64,000 bases of DNA from Protaetiibacter sp. (GTDB lineage: Bacteria > Actinomycetota > Actinomycetes > Actinomycetales > Microbacteriaceae): contig JBQCHI010000029.1 in NCBI GenBank assembly GCA_051954835.1, positions 11,621-75,620 on the forward strand, written 5' to 3'. How positions within the stretch are numbered: position 1 is the stretch's first letter; each line of letters opens with the position of its first letter. The notes below the pieces were generated by a model that did not search any database, was not told the origin of the DNA, and saw only the letters and a program-made list of their open reading frames with translations. Below are positions 43,404-52,133 of the stretch, one piece after another. The position numbers and the translations under genes are program-made.

Positions 43404-44535
43404 GGCGCGAGCGCCGCGCGACGAGCGCCGTCGTGACACCTCCGACGGCGAGCGCGGCGAGCGATCCGCCGAGCACGCCGAGTGTCGCGGACGCCACGAG
43501 CTCGCCGTCGCCGCGGAAGGCGAGCTCGGCCATGAGCAGGGAGATCGTGAACCCCACCCCGCCGAGCGCGGCCACCACGAGCACCTCGGGAAGCCGCAAC
43601 GCCACGGCCCGCTCCGACGACGGCATCATGCCGCGTGCGACGAGCGCACCGAGGGTGATCCCCACGAGCTTGCCGACCGGCAGCGCTACGGCGACGCCCC
43701 AGAACACGGGGGAGAGGCCCCCATCCTTCACCTGCGGGATGACGACCATCGAGGCGCTCAATGCGAACAGGGGCAACACGATCCCGTTGACCCAGGGCTC
43801 CAGTGCGTGGCGCACACGGCCGGCCGGGCGCGGCGCATAGACGAGCCCGAGCGCGACGCCCGCGACGGTCGCGTGCACTCCTGAACTCAGCACGAGCACC
43901 CAGACGGTCACGCCGAGCCCCACGAGAAGCGCGACGCGTGCACCCGCGGGCAGCCGGCGTCGCGCGCTGAGCCAGCCGAATGCGGCGATCGCGGGCACGG
44001 CGAGCAGCAGCGGCACGGGTGCGAGGTCGCGCGTGAAGAAGGCGGCGATGATGCCGATCGCGATGAGATCGTCGAGCACGGCGAGTGCGAGCAGGAACGC
44101 CCGTACCCGACGCGGCAGCCCACGCCCGAGCAGAGCGAGGACCCCGAGGGCGAAGGCGATGTCGGTCGCGGTGGGGATCGGCCATCCCACATTGCCGGCG
44201 GGGTCGTGCACGAGTGCGAGGTAGACGAGAGCCGGCACCACGACGCCGCCGGTCGCCGCGACGGCGGGAGCGAGGGCCTTGCGCGGGGTGTCGAGCTCGC
44301 CCCGGGTCAGCTCGTGCCGCAGCTCGATGGCCGCGACGAGGAAGAACAGGGCCAGCAACCCATCGGTGATCCAGTGTCCGGGGGAGAGGTCGAACAGAGG
44401 GATGCCGCTGTCACCGTGCGCATCGCGGAATCCGATCACCGTGGCGCCGACAGCGGAGTTGGCGATCACGAGACCGACGACCGCAGCTGCTGCGAGGAGC
44501 ACCGCGGCGACGCGTTCGGAGCGGAAGAGGTGCAT
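43384..44535 (-). CDS. nhaA: Na+/H+ antiporter NhaA
   Basis: ATG 44535 ([14 protein letters not shown]..). [15 protein letters not shown] and [14 protein letters not shown] are the NhaA signature blocks. The 5' part of the 466-aa track ORF was dropped. Confidence 0.9.
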   Translation of the reverse strand: MHLFRSERVAAVLLAAAAVVGLVIANSAVGATVIGFRDAHGDSGIPLFDLSPGHWITDGLLALFFLVAAIELRHELTRGELDTPRKALAPAVAATGGVVVPALVYLALVHDPAGNVGWPIPTATDIAFALGVLALLGRGLPRRVRAFLLALAVLDDLIAIGIIAAFFTRDLAPVPLLLAVPAIAAFGWLSARRRLPAGARVALLVGLGVTVWVLVLSSGVHATVAGVALGLVYAPRPAGRVRHALEPWVNGIVLPLFALSASMVVIPQVKDGGLSPVFWGVAVALPVGKLVGITLGALVARGMMPSSERAVALRLPEVLVVAALGGVGFTISLLMAELAFRGDGELVASATLGVLGGSLAALAVGGVTTALVARRSRLSSSER

Positions 44536-44591
44536 CCGTCCACTCTTCCATGCGTGGGTGCAGCGCTTTGGCGGCGAAGAGCCAGTCGCCG

Positions 44592-44660
44592 GAAACGTGA
44601 TGTTTACCTGGCCGCCCGCGCCGTAACACCGGCGAAACCTGAGGCGCTCGGAGCCGAAAC
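44592..44660 (+). promoter_or_regulatory. Candidate GlnR-type nitrogen-regulator box upstream of amt
   Basis: GTAAC-n6-GAAAC at 44623-44638. A further GAAAC sits exactly 22 nt downstream (44656), and GAAAC-n6-TTTAC lies at 44592-44607. The recalled consensus is gTnAc-n6-GaAAc, repeated. Confidence 0.35.
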
Positions 44661-44742
44661 GTGCCGCTTCCAGACTTGCCGCGTACCCGAGGACCGGCGG
44701 TGCCCCATCCGACGGCCCGATGCAACGAGAGAGGTAGCACCA

Positions 44743-45977
44743 TGGATAGCGGCAACTTCGCGTGGGCGATCGCGGCGACAGCACTCGTGCTGTTCATGAC
44801 GCCCGGCGTCGCCTTCTTCTACGGCGGTCTGGTCAAGGCCAAGAGCGTCGTGAGCATGATGATGATGAGCTTCGGCGCCCTCGGGCTCGTGAGCGTGCTG
44901 TGGATTCTCTACGGCTTCAACATGTCGGCCATCGGCGACGGCAACCCGTTCCTCGCGGGGAACCCGTTCTCCGACTTCGGACTCCAGGCCCTGTCGACCT
45001 CGGACGGCGGCAGCGCGGCACTCGTCGGCGCCACCTACGGCGCGACCTTCGCCATCATCACCGTCGCGCTCATCTCGGGCGCCATCGCGGATCGCGCCAA
45101 GTTCAGCTCGTGGCTGATCTTCGCGGGCCTCTTCGCGACGCTCGTGTACTTCCCGGTCGCGGCCTGGGTGTGGGGTGGCGGATGGATCATGCAGCTCGGC
45201 GAGTGGTGGGGCACGCCGAACGTCATCGACTACGCGGGTGGCACGGCCGTGCACATCAACGCCGGCGCCGCGGCCCTCGCGCTCGCGCTCGTGCTCGGCA
45301 AGCGCGTCGGGTTCGCCAAGGGCATCCAGAAGCCGCACAACGTGCCGCTCACCCTGCTCGGCGCGTCGATCCTGTGGTTCGGGTGGTTCGGTTTCAACGC
45401 CGGCGCGGAGGGCACCTTCGGACTCCTCGGGCCGGAGAACACCTCCGCCGGCCTCATCGTGGTGAACACGCTCGGTGCGACGGCGGCCGCGATCATCGGC
45501 TGGCTCGTGGTCGAGAAGTTCAAGGACGGCAAGCCCACCTCGGTCGGCGCCGCATCCGGTGCCGTCGCGGGTCTCGTCGCGATCACCCCGTCGTGCGCCA
45601 ACCTGAGCCCGCTGTGGGCACTCGTGCTCGGCCTCGTCGCCGGTGCGGTCTGCGCGATCGCGGTCGAGTTGAAGTTCAAGCTCGGCTTCGACGACTCGCT
45701 CGACGTCGTCGGCATCCACCTCGTGGGCGGCCTCATCGGCACGATCTACCTGGGCTTCTTCGCCACCGGCACCGGCCTGTTCACGGGTGGTGACGCGGGT
45801 CAGCTGCTCGTGCAGGTGGTCGCAGCGCTCGGCGTGATGGTCTACTCCTTCGTCGTGGCCTACATCGTCGGCTTCGCGATCGAGAAGACCATCGGATTCC
45901 GCATCAAGAACGAAGACGAGCTCGCGGGCGTCGACACGGTCGTGCACGGCGAGGAAGGCTACGTGCTCGCCGACTGA
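44743..45977 (+). CDS. amt: Ammonium transporter
   Basis: ATG 44743 follows GAGAGAGG. FFYGGLV, DYAGGTAVHINAG, WFGWFGFNAG and DVVGIHLVGGLIG show the twin-His and Phe-gate motifs intact. Confidence 0.93.
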
Positions 45978-46081
45978 CCCGCCGGGTCGCGTGCGCGGGG
46001 CGCCGTCTCTCACGAGGCGGCGCCCCTATCGTTGTGCTGTCGGGTCGCCGTCGGCTCGACAGGCCGCCACCCGGAGGCGTC

Positions 46082-47092
46082 ATGCCCGAACTCCTGCTGC
46101 TGTCCGCGCTGTGCTGCGCGGTGATGACGGCTGCGCTCGTGCGGATGCTGCGGCCGCCGAACGTCGCCGAGGCGGCACTGCGGGCGGGTGCGACGGCAGC
46201 TGCTGCGGCATCCGTGTCGGTGACCTTCGGGTTGCTGACGGGGGCGGATACGGCCGCGTTCTTCCTCGCGTCATCGTTCGCCGCGGCCCCCGTGAGCGTC
46301 TTGCTCGGGGCCGCCGCGCAGGAGGCGCGTCCGGGACGTCGCGGCGTCGCGTGGGCGCTCACGCTCGTCTGGGCGCTCGTCGTGTTCCCGGTGTGCGCAG
46401 TCGTCCCGCCGCTCGCCTTCCGGCTGTGCGAGGCGAGCGAGTGCCGGGTCGAGGACTTCGGAGGCGGACTCGCGCTGCTGGTCTCGTCGGCCGCCTCGGT
46501 GCTGCTCGCATGGCGCGTTCCGGCAGCAGCCGAGCGCGAGAGCTGGGTGCGTTTCGCTCTCCCGGTGCTGGTGGTGTGGCTCGCCGGCGGATTCTGGCTC
46601 GCGAGTCTCGAGGGAGTGATCGACGGCTACACGGTCCGCATCCTGCTCGCGGCGTCGGTGGCGCCGCTCGGCGGCGCCGTCGCATGGGTGGCCGTCGACG
46701 TGCTGAGGCGGGCGGAGCGGCATCCGCTGCGGTCGGCCGCGGATGGCGTGCTGGCGGGGCTGGTCTCGATCTTGCCGGGAGCCGCGGGCATCTCCTTCCC
46801 GTGGTCGCTCGCAGTGGGCGGGTTCGCCGGTGCTACGGCGGCGCTCGTGTTCGGCTTGCGACGGCTCTCGTCGGCCGGACGAGCGGGCCACTGGGCTCTC
46901 GTGGTGCTCGCATCCACCGCGGTGGGCTACCTCGCGCCGGCGGTCGCAGGCGACTCGATCGGCCTGCTCTTCTCGGGGCGGATCGCCGCCCTCGCGCCGC
47001 CGATCCTGGCGATCTTCGCGGTCGCGACGATCGGCATGCTCGCCACCGCGCCCATCTGGTCGATCGGGCGCACACGCACGCCCCGCCCGTAG
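46082..47092 (+). CDS. Divergent Amt/MEP-family-like membrane protein lacking channel residues
   Basis: Blocks align by eye to the neighbouring Amt. VEDFGGGLALLVSSAASVLLAW matches IDYAGGTAVHINAGAAALALAL. ADGVLAGLVSILPGAAGISFPWSLAVGGFAGATAALVFGLR matches ASGAVAGLVAITPSCANLSPLWALVLGLVAGAVCAIAVELK. The start could be GTG 46034. Confidence 0.6.
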   Translation: MPELLLLSALCCAVMTAALVRMLRPPNVAEAALRAGATAAAAASVSVTFGLLTGADTAAFFLASSFAAAPVSVLLGAAAQEARPGRRGVAWALTLVWALVVFPVCAVVPPLAFRLCEASECRVEDFGGGLALLVSSAASVLLAWRVPAAAERESWVRFALPVLVVWLAGGFWLASLEGVIDGYTVRILLAASVAPLGGAVAWVAVDVLRRAERHPLRSAADGVLAGLVSILPGAAGISFPWSLAVGGFAGATAALVFGLRRLSSAGRAGHWALVVLASTAVGYLAPAVAGDSIGLLFSGRIAALAPPILAIFAVATIGMLATAPIWSIGRTRTPRP

Positions 47093-47128
47093 CATCCGGT
47101 GTCGAGAACCGAGGCGGAATGCAGAAAA

Positions 47129-47146
47129 CCCCTGGCGTACCAGGGG
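47129..47146 (-). terminator. Rho-independent terminator of tRNA-Val(CAC), possibly bidirectional
   Basis: CCCCTGG-cgta-CCAGGGG. On the minus strand it is followed by TTTTC. It lies 6 nt downstream of the tRNA 3' end and 37 nt after the + strand Amt-like stop. Confidence 0.55.
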
Positions 47147-47152
47147 TCGTCG

Positions 47153-47228
47153 TGGTGGGCGATACCAGACTCGAACTGATGACCTCTTCCGTGTGAAGGA
47201 AGCGCGCTACCAACTGCGCCAATCGCCC
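47153..47228 (-). tRNA. tRNA-Val (anticodon CAC)
   Basis: Hand-folded cloverleaf. Acceptor GGGCGAT/ATCGCCC, D arm GCGC..GCGC, anticodon stem CTTCC/GGAAG with loop TTCACAC, T arm ATCAG-TTCGAGT-CTGGT. CCA is encoded. Confidence 0.93.
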
Positions 47229-47362
47229 GCGACGACCATCCTGCCATATCCGTGGGCGTGGTCATGCACGCCGGGAATCGGATGTCACACGGCGCGTTTC
47301 GGTTTTGTGCTCGCGCGCGGATCGGCTACAGTCGAACACGCGCCACCGAACGGTGGAGCAAT

Positions 47363-47435
47363 GCGGATGTAGCGCAGTTGGTAGCGCATCACCTTGCCAA
47401 GGTGAGGGTCGCGAGTTCGAGTCTCGTCATCCGCT
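47363..47435 (+). tRNA. tRNA-Gly (anticodon GCC)
   Basis: Acceptor GCGGATG/CATCCGC, anticodon stem TCACC/GGTGA with loop TTGCCAA, T arm GCGAG-TTCGAGT-CTCGT. CCA is not encoded. Confidence 0.93.
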
Positions 47436-47487
47436 CGAGTTAGGAGCCTCAAGGTCCGCTGGGTTTACTTCCAGCGACCGCACACCT

Positions 47488-47558
47488 GGTGGCGTGGCCG
47501 AGAGGCGAGGCAGCGGCCTGCAAAGCCGTCCACACGGGTTCGAATCCCGTCGCCACCT
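47488..47558 (+). tRNA. tRNA-Cys (anticodon GCA)
   Basis: Acceptor GGTGGCG/CGCCACC, anticodon loop CTGCAAA, T arm ACGGG-TTCGAAT-CCCGT. Confidence 0.93.
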
Positions 47559-47586
47559 CACTCATCAACTGAATAGCCTCATGTAG

Positions 47587-47661
47587 GCGCGATTGGCGCA
47601 GCGGTAGCGCGCTTCCCTGACACGGAAGAGGTCACTGGTTCGATCCCAGTATCGCGCACCA
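47587..47661 (+). tRNA. tRNA-Val (anticodon GAC)
   Basis: Acceptor GCGCGAT/ATCGCGC, anticodon stem CTTCC/GGAAG with loop CTGACAC, T arm ACTGG-TTCGATC-CCAGT. CCA is encoded. Confidence 0.93.
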
Positions 47662-47686
47662 CAGAACGCCGTGGTCAGATGTTCGC

Positions 47687-48907
47687 ATGCGAGATGCCCG
47701 TCCCTCGTCACCGCAGTGGAGTGCCTGGCGGGTGGTGATCGGGTTCGGGATCGTGAGCCTCGCGGTCGATCTCGTCGCCGACGGGGCTCGCTCGGTATCG
47801 GGACCGCTCCTCGCTTCGCTCGGCGCCAGCGCCCTGACCGTCGGGATCGTCACGGGAGCAGCCGAGGCCGCCGGCTTCGGGCTGCGGTTGGTCTCGGGTC
47901 CCCTGGTGGATCGCACCCGGAAGTACTGGGGCTTTGCGATCGGCGGCTACGCCCTGACCGTGATCTGCGTTCCCCTGCTCGCCCTCACCCCGTCCCTGGG
48001 GACGGGCGCCTTCGTCGCGGCGGCCATCCTGGTCGTTCTCGAGAGGGTGGGCAAGGCGATGCGCAGCCCGGCCAAGACGGTGCTCCTGGCGCACGCCGCA
48101 ACCGCGGTCGGCGGAGGGCGTGGCTTCGGGGTGCACAAATTGCTCGACCAGGTCGGCGCGTTCTCGGGCCCACTGCTGGTCGCTGCCGTGATCGCGATCT
48201 CGGGGGCCCTGTGGCCCGCGTTCGCGGTTCTCGCGATCCCCGGTGTCGTAGCACTCGCGCTCTTGCTGTGGATGCGCAGCCGGGTGCCGGATCCGGGCGT
48301 CTTCGCCCTCGAGCCGAGCATCCCCAGCCGGTCCGCGCCCGCCCCGGACTCTCGTGGGCGACTCCCCGGATCGCTGTACCTCTTCGGCATCTCGGCCGCG
48401 CTCACCGGCTTCGGTCTGGTCGGGTTCGGTGTGATCTCGTTCCACCTGACCGAGGGCGGCCTGATCACTCTCGCCGCGGTGCCGCTGGTGTTCGCGATGG
48501 GCATGGTGGCCGGTGCGGTCGCGCCGGTCCTCACGGGGCGTGCATACGACAGCTTCGGGGGCGGGGTACTGCTGGCGGTCCCCGTGCTCGTCGCGTGCAT
48601 CCCGATCCTGACGTTCTCGACCTCGTTCACACTCGTGCTCGTGGGTGTCGTCATCTGGGGTACGGCGACGGGCGCGCACGACTCCACGGTGAAGGCGCTG
48701 ATCGCCGACCTGGTCCCGGTCGCTCGCCGAGGCACCGCGTACGGGCTGTTCGCGGCCTTCCAGGGGGTCGGAGTGTTCGCCGGCGCAGCCCTCGCCGGCA
48801 GTGCGTACCCGGATGCCGTGGCGCTCAGCCTGGTCACGGTTCCGGCTCAGATCGTCGCGTTCGTTCTCCTGGTGTTCGTGGTGCGCTCACGGCGTCGGAA
48901 GCCGTGA
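47687..48907 (+). CDS. MFS transporter
   Basis: 406 aa with about 12 hydrophobic helices and a DRTRKYWG loop motif between TM2 and TM3. It starts 26 nt after the tRNA. Confidence 0.8.
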   Translation: MRDARPSSPQWSAWRVVIGFGIVSLAVDLVADGARSVSGPLLASLGASALTVGIVTGAAEAAGFGLRLVSGPLVDRTRKYWGFAIGGYALTVICVPLLALTPSLGTGAFVAAAILVVLERVGKAMRSPAKTVLLAHAATAVGGGRGFGVHKLLDQVGAFSGPLLVAAVIAISGALWPAFAVLAIPGVVALALLLWMRSRVPDPGVFALEPSIPSRSAPAPDSRGRLPGSLYLFGISAALTGFGLVGFGVISFHLTEGGLITLAAVPLVFAMGMVAGAVAPVLTGRAYDSFGGGVLLAVPVLVACIPILTFSTSFTLVLVGVVIWGTATGAHDSTVKALIADLVPVARRGTAYGLFAAFQGVGVFAGAALAGSAYPDAVALSLVTVPAQIVAFVLLVFVVRSRRRKP

Positions 48908-48947
48908 CGGCGCCGCCACCCCACGCGGGTCGTCTACGCTCTCAGCC

Positions 48948-49658
48948 ATGACCGAACCCGCGACGCCCTCCGTCCCGGCAGGCTGGTACCCCGATCCCGA
49001 CGTCGCCGGCGGCCAGCGGTGGTGGAGCGGCATCGAGTGGACCGAGTACCGCAGGCCCCCCGCGGCGGCGCCGCAGTACGCGGCCCAGCCGTATGCGGCG
49101 AGCCCGTACGCGGCCCCGCAGTACGCGTATGACTCCGCCGCGGCGCCGGTCGCGTTGCCTCCGGACGCGTGGCCGTACGTCGGCCAGGCCGCCCCACTCG
49201 GCACGGTTGTGCCGTTGTGGGCGCCGCTCTACGGCGCCACGATGGGCCAGGCCTGGAGCCGCTTCTGGCGCAAGTACGCCGACTTCTCGGGTCGCGCCTC
49301 GCGGTCGGAGTTCTGGTTCGCGTACCTGTGGTTCTTCATCCTGATGTTCGGCTCCTATTTCGTCTTCGCGATCCTGTTCGCTGTGGTCGCCGGCATCGGC
49401 TCAGCCGTCGACGGCTCGCGGGGGAGCGGCGCGGCCTACGGCATCGGCGCGGGTCTCATCGGGCTGATCTGGATCGGGGCGTACATCGCGGCGATGATCC
49501 CGATGATCTCGGTCGCGGTCCGACGCCTGCACGACGCCGGCTATCCCGGCTACTACTACTTCATGGGGTTCATCCCGCTCGTGGGCGGGATCCTGCTGCT
49601 CGTCTACTTCGCCTCCGAGTCGCGACCGCAGGGGGCTGTCTACGATCTGCCACGCTGA
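48948..49658 (+). CDS. DUF2510 (GWYPDP) plus DUF805 membrane protein
   Basis: ATG 48948. N-terminal PAGWYPDPDVAGGQRWWSGIEWTE, a Tyr/Ala/Pro/Gln-rich linker, then YADFSGRASRSEFWFAYLWFFI...VAVRRLHDAGYPGYYYF, typical of DUF805/YhaH-like proteins. Confidence 0.75.
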   Translation: MTEPATPSVPAGWYPDPDVAGGQRWWSGIEWTEYRRPPAAAPQYAAQPYAASPYAAPQYAYDSAAAPVALPPDAWPYVGQAAPLGTVVPLWAPLYGATMGQAWSRFWRKYADFSGRASRSEFWFAYLWFFILMFGSYFVFAILFAVVAGIGSAVDGSRGSGAAYGIGAGLIGLIWIGAYIAAMIPMISVAVRRLHDAGYPGYYYFMGFIPLVGGILLLVYFASESRPQGAVYDLPR

Positions 49659-49725
49659 GCACCGGCAGCCGATCTCCGTCGTCTGGGGGAGACGCATCAC
49701 GGATGCGGCGACGTAGCCTCGAGCG

Positions 49726-49989
49726 ATGACGTCGAACGAGCCGCGTCCTCCCGCGAACCATCGCCCGGGCGGGGGCCTCGCTGCGTACCTGGCCATCGGA
49801 ATCGGTGCAGGCGTCGCGATCGGCGTCGCCCTGCAGAACATCGGCCTCGGGATCGGCATCGGGATCGCGATCGGAATCGCGCTCGGCAGCGCCGCCGAGG
49901 CGTCGAACAAGCGTGCGACCGAGCGTCGCGACAGCGACGACGATGCACGCCCCGACGGCGGAGAGGGGCTTCGCCCGCCGGTAAAGTAA
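49726..49989 (+). CDS. Small glycine-zipper membrane protein
   Basis: 87 aa with good GC3 bias. One hydrophobic stretch, [35 protein letters not shown], with (G/A)xxxG repeats and a charged C-terminus. It ends 5 nt before thrS. Confidence 0.5.
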   Translation: MTSNEPRPPANHRPGGGLAAYLAIGIGAGVAIGVALQNIGLGIGIGIAIGIALGSAAEASNKRATERRDSDDDARPDGGEGLRPPVK

Positions 49990-49994
49990 GCGGA

Positions 49995-51950
49995 ATGAGC
50001 GCGCAGACTGGTTTCGACCTGTTCCCCGACCGCGCCGTCATCGCGATCCGCGTGAACGGCCAGCTGATGGACAAGGCGGCGACGGTCACGGAGACCGACT
50101 CGGTGGAGCCCGTCGAGGTCGGATCGCCAGATGGTCTGAACATCCTGCGGCACTCCACAGCGCACGTGCTCGCGCAGGCGGTGCAGCGCATCAACCCCGA
50201 GGCGAAGCTCGGCATCGGCCCGCCCGTGCAAGACGGCTTCTACTACGACTTCGACATCGCCGAGCACTTCTCGCCCGACGACCTGGGTGCGATCTCCAAG
50301 GAGATGGAGCGCATCATCCGGTCGGGCCAGCGTTTCGTGCGCCGCGTCGTGAGCGACGACGAGGCGCGCGCGGAGCTCGCCGACGAGCCCTACAAGCTCG
50401 AGCTCATCGGGCTCAAGGGCGGCGCGGAGTCGGGCACCGACGGCGAGAGCGTCGAGGTGGGCGCGGGAGAGCTCACCATCTACGACAACGTCGACCGGGA
50501 CGGCAACGTGGTCTGGAAGGACCTGTGCCGCGGGCCGCACGTGCCCAACACCGGCGCGCTCGGGCACTTCACGCTCATGCGCGTCGCGGCCGCCTACTGG
50601 CGCGGCTCCGAGAAGAACCCCCAGCTGCAGCGCATCTACGGCACCGCGTGGCCGAGCAAGGCCGAACTCCGTGCGTATCTCGAGCGTCTCGAAGAAGCGG
50701 CCAAGCGCGATCACCGGAAGCTCGGCAAGGAGCTCGACCTCTTCTCGTTCCCGGACGAGATCGGCTCGGGCCTCTCGGTCTGGCACCCGCGCGGCGGCGT
50801 CGTGCGCATGGAGATGGAGCAGCACGCACGCCGGCGACACGTCGAGGCCGGCTACACCTACGTCTACACGCCGCACATCGCGAAGGAGGACCTCTTCCTC
50901 CAGTCCAACCACCTCGTCACCTACAAGGACGGCATGTTCCCGCCCATCGTGATGGATGAGGAGCGCGACGCTGACGGACACGTCACCAAGCAGGGCCAGG
51001 ACTACTACCTCAAGCCCATGAACTGCCCGATGCACATCCTCATCTACAAGGAGCGTGCGCGCAGCTACCGCGAACTGCCGATGCGCCTCGCTGAGAACGG
51101 CACCGTCTATCGCAACGAGCTCTCGGGCGCCCTGCACGGCCTCACACGCGTGCGCGGATTCACTCAGGACGACTCGCACCTCTTCGTCACCCCCGAGCAG
51201 CTCGAGCCCGAGGCGACGAAGGTGCTCGAGTTCGTGATCTCCATGCTGCGCGATTTCGGTCTCGACGACTTCGAACTCGAGCTCTCGATGCGCGACGACG
51301 AGAAGGACAAGTGGATCGGCTCGGACGAGTTCTGGGAGTACTCCACGAACGCGCTGCGCAACGTCGCGAAGGCGTCCGGCCTCAAGCTCACCGAGATGCC
51401 GGGGGAGGCTGCCTTCTACGGTCCGAAGATCGACCTCAAAACGCGCGATGCCATCGGCCGCACCTGGCAGCTCTCGACGGTGCAGGTCGATCCGAACCTC
51501 CCCGAGCGCTTCGAGCTCGAGTACACCGATCGCGACGGCCAGAAGAAGCAGCCGATCATGATCCACCGAGCCCTCTTCGGCTCGATCGAGCGCTTCTTCG
51601 CGATCCTGCTCGAGCACTACGCCGGGGCGTTCCCCGTGTGGCTCTCGCCCGTGCAGGTGGTCGGTGTGCCGGTCGCCGAGGAGTTCGCCGACTACCTCGG
51701 CGGCATCATCGATCGGCTGCGAGCGGATGGCGTGCGCGCCGAACTCGATGCGAGCGATGAGCGGATGCAGAAGAAGATCCGCACGCACACCCTCATGAAG
51801 GTCCCGTTCCAGTTGATCGCGGGCGGACAGGACCGCGAGGCGGGAACCGTGAGCTTCCGCTTCCGAGACGGCCGCCAGGACAACGGCATCCCCGTCGACG
51901 AGGCCGTCCGCAGGATTCGCGAAGCGATCGATACGCACGCCCAGGTGTGA
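49995..51950 (+). CDS. thrS: Threonine--tRNA ligase
   Basis: TGS domain, editing-domain [11 protein letters not shown], class II motifs ([30 protein letters not shown]), and an anticodon-binding domain. 651 aa. Confidence 0.95.
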   Translation: MSAQTGFDLFPDRAVIAIRVNGQLMDKAATVTETDSVEPVEVGSPDGLNILRHSTAHVLAQAVQRINPEAKLGIGPPVQDGFYYDFDIAEHFSPDDLGAISKEMERIIRSGQRFVRRVVSDDEARAELADEPYKLELIGLKGGAESGTDGESVEVGAGELTIYDNVDRDGNVVWKDLCRGPHVPNTGALGHFTLMRVAAAYWRGSEKNPQLQRIYGTAWPSKAELRAYLERLEEAAKRDHRKLGKELDLFSFPDEIGSGLSVWHPRGGVVRMEMEQHARRRHVEAGYTYVYTPHIAKEDLFLQSNHLVTYKDGMFPPIVMDEERDADGHVTKQGQDYYLKPMNCPMHILIYKERARSYRELPMRLAENGTVYRNELSGALHGLTRVRGFTQDDSHLFVTPEQLEPEATKVLEFVISMLRDFGLDDFELELSMRDDEKDKWIGSDEFWEYSTNALRNVAKASGLKLTEMPGEAAFYGPKIDLKTRDAIGRTWQLSTVQVDPNLPERFELEYTDRDGQKKQPIMIHRALFGSIERFFAILLEHYAGAFPVWLSPVQVVGVPVAEEFADYLGGIIDRLRADGVRAELDASDERMQKKIRTHTLMKVPFQLIAGGQDREAGTVSFRFRDGRQDNGIPVDEAVRRIREAIDTHAQV

Positions 51951-52133
51951 CGCACGATTCGTGCATCTCATGCACGACCATTGCGTCAAGCGCGGAGATT
52001 CCGCAGGAATTGCTATAGCGCGCGCGTCTGCGAGACCGATACGGTACCGACCAGGCGTTGCATAGACCGCTGAGTCTACCCGCGAACAGGGGGATGGGCG
52101 CCTCACCGCACCACCACTCGCGGAAGGGAAGCC

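Noticed and set aside
47252-47586. Short ORFs (63-129 aa) covering the tRNA cluster
   Set aside because: They overlap four hand-folded tRNAs with canonical cloverleaves, so the protein-coding reading is spurious.
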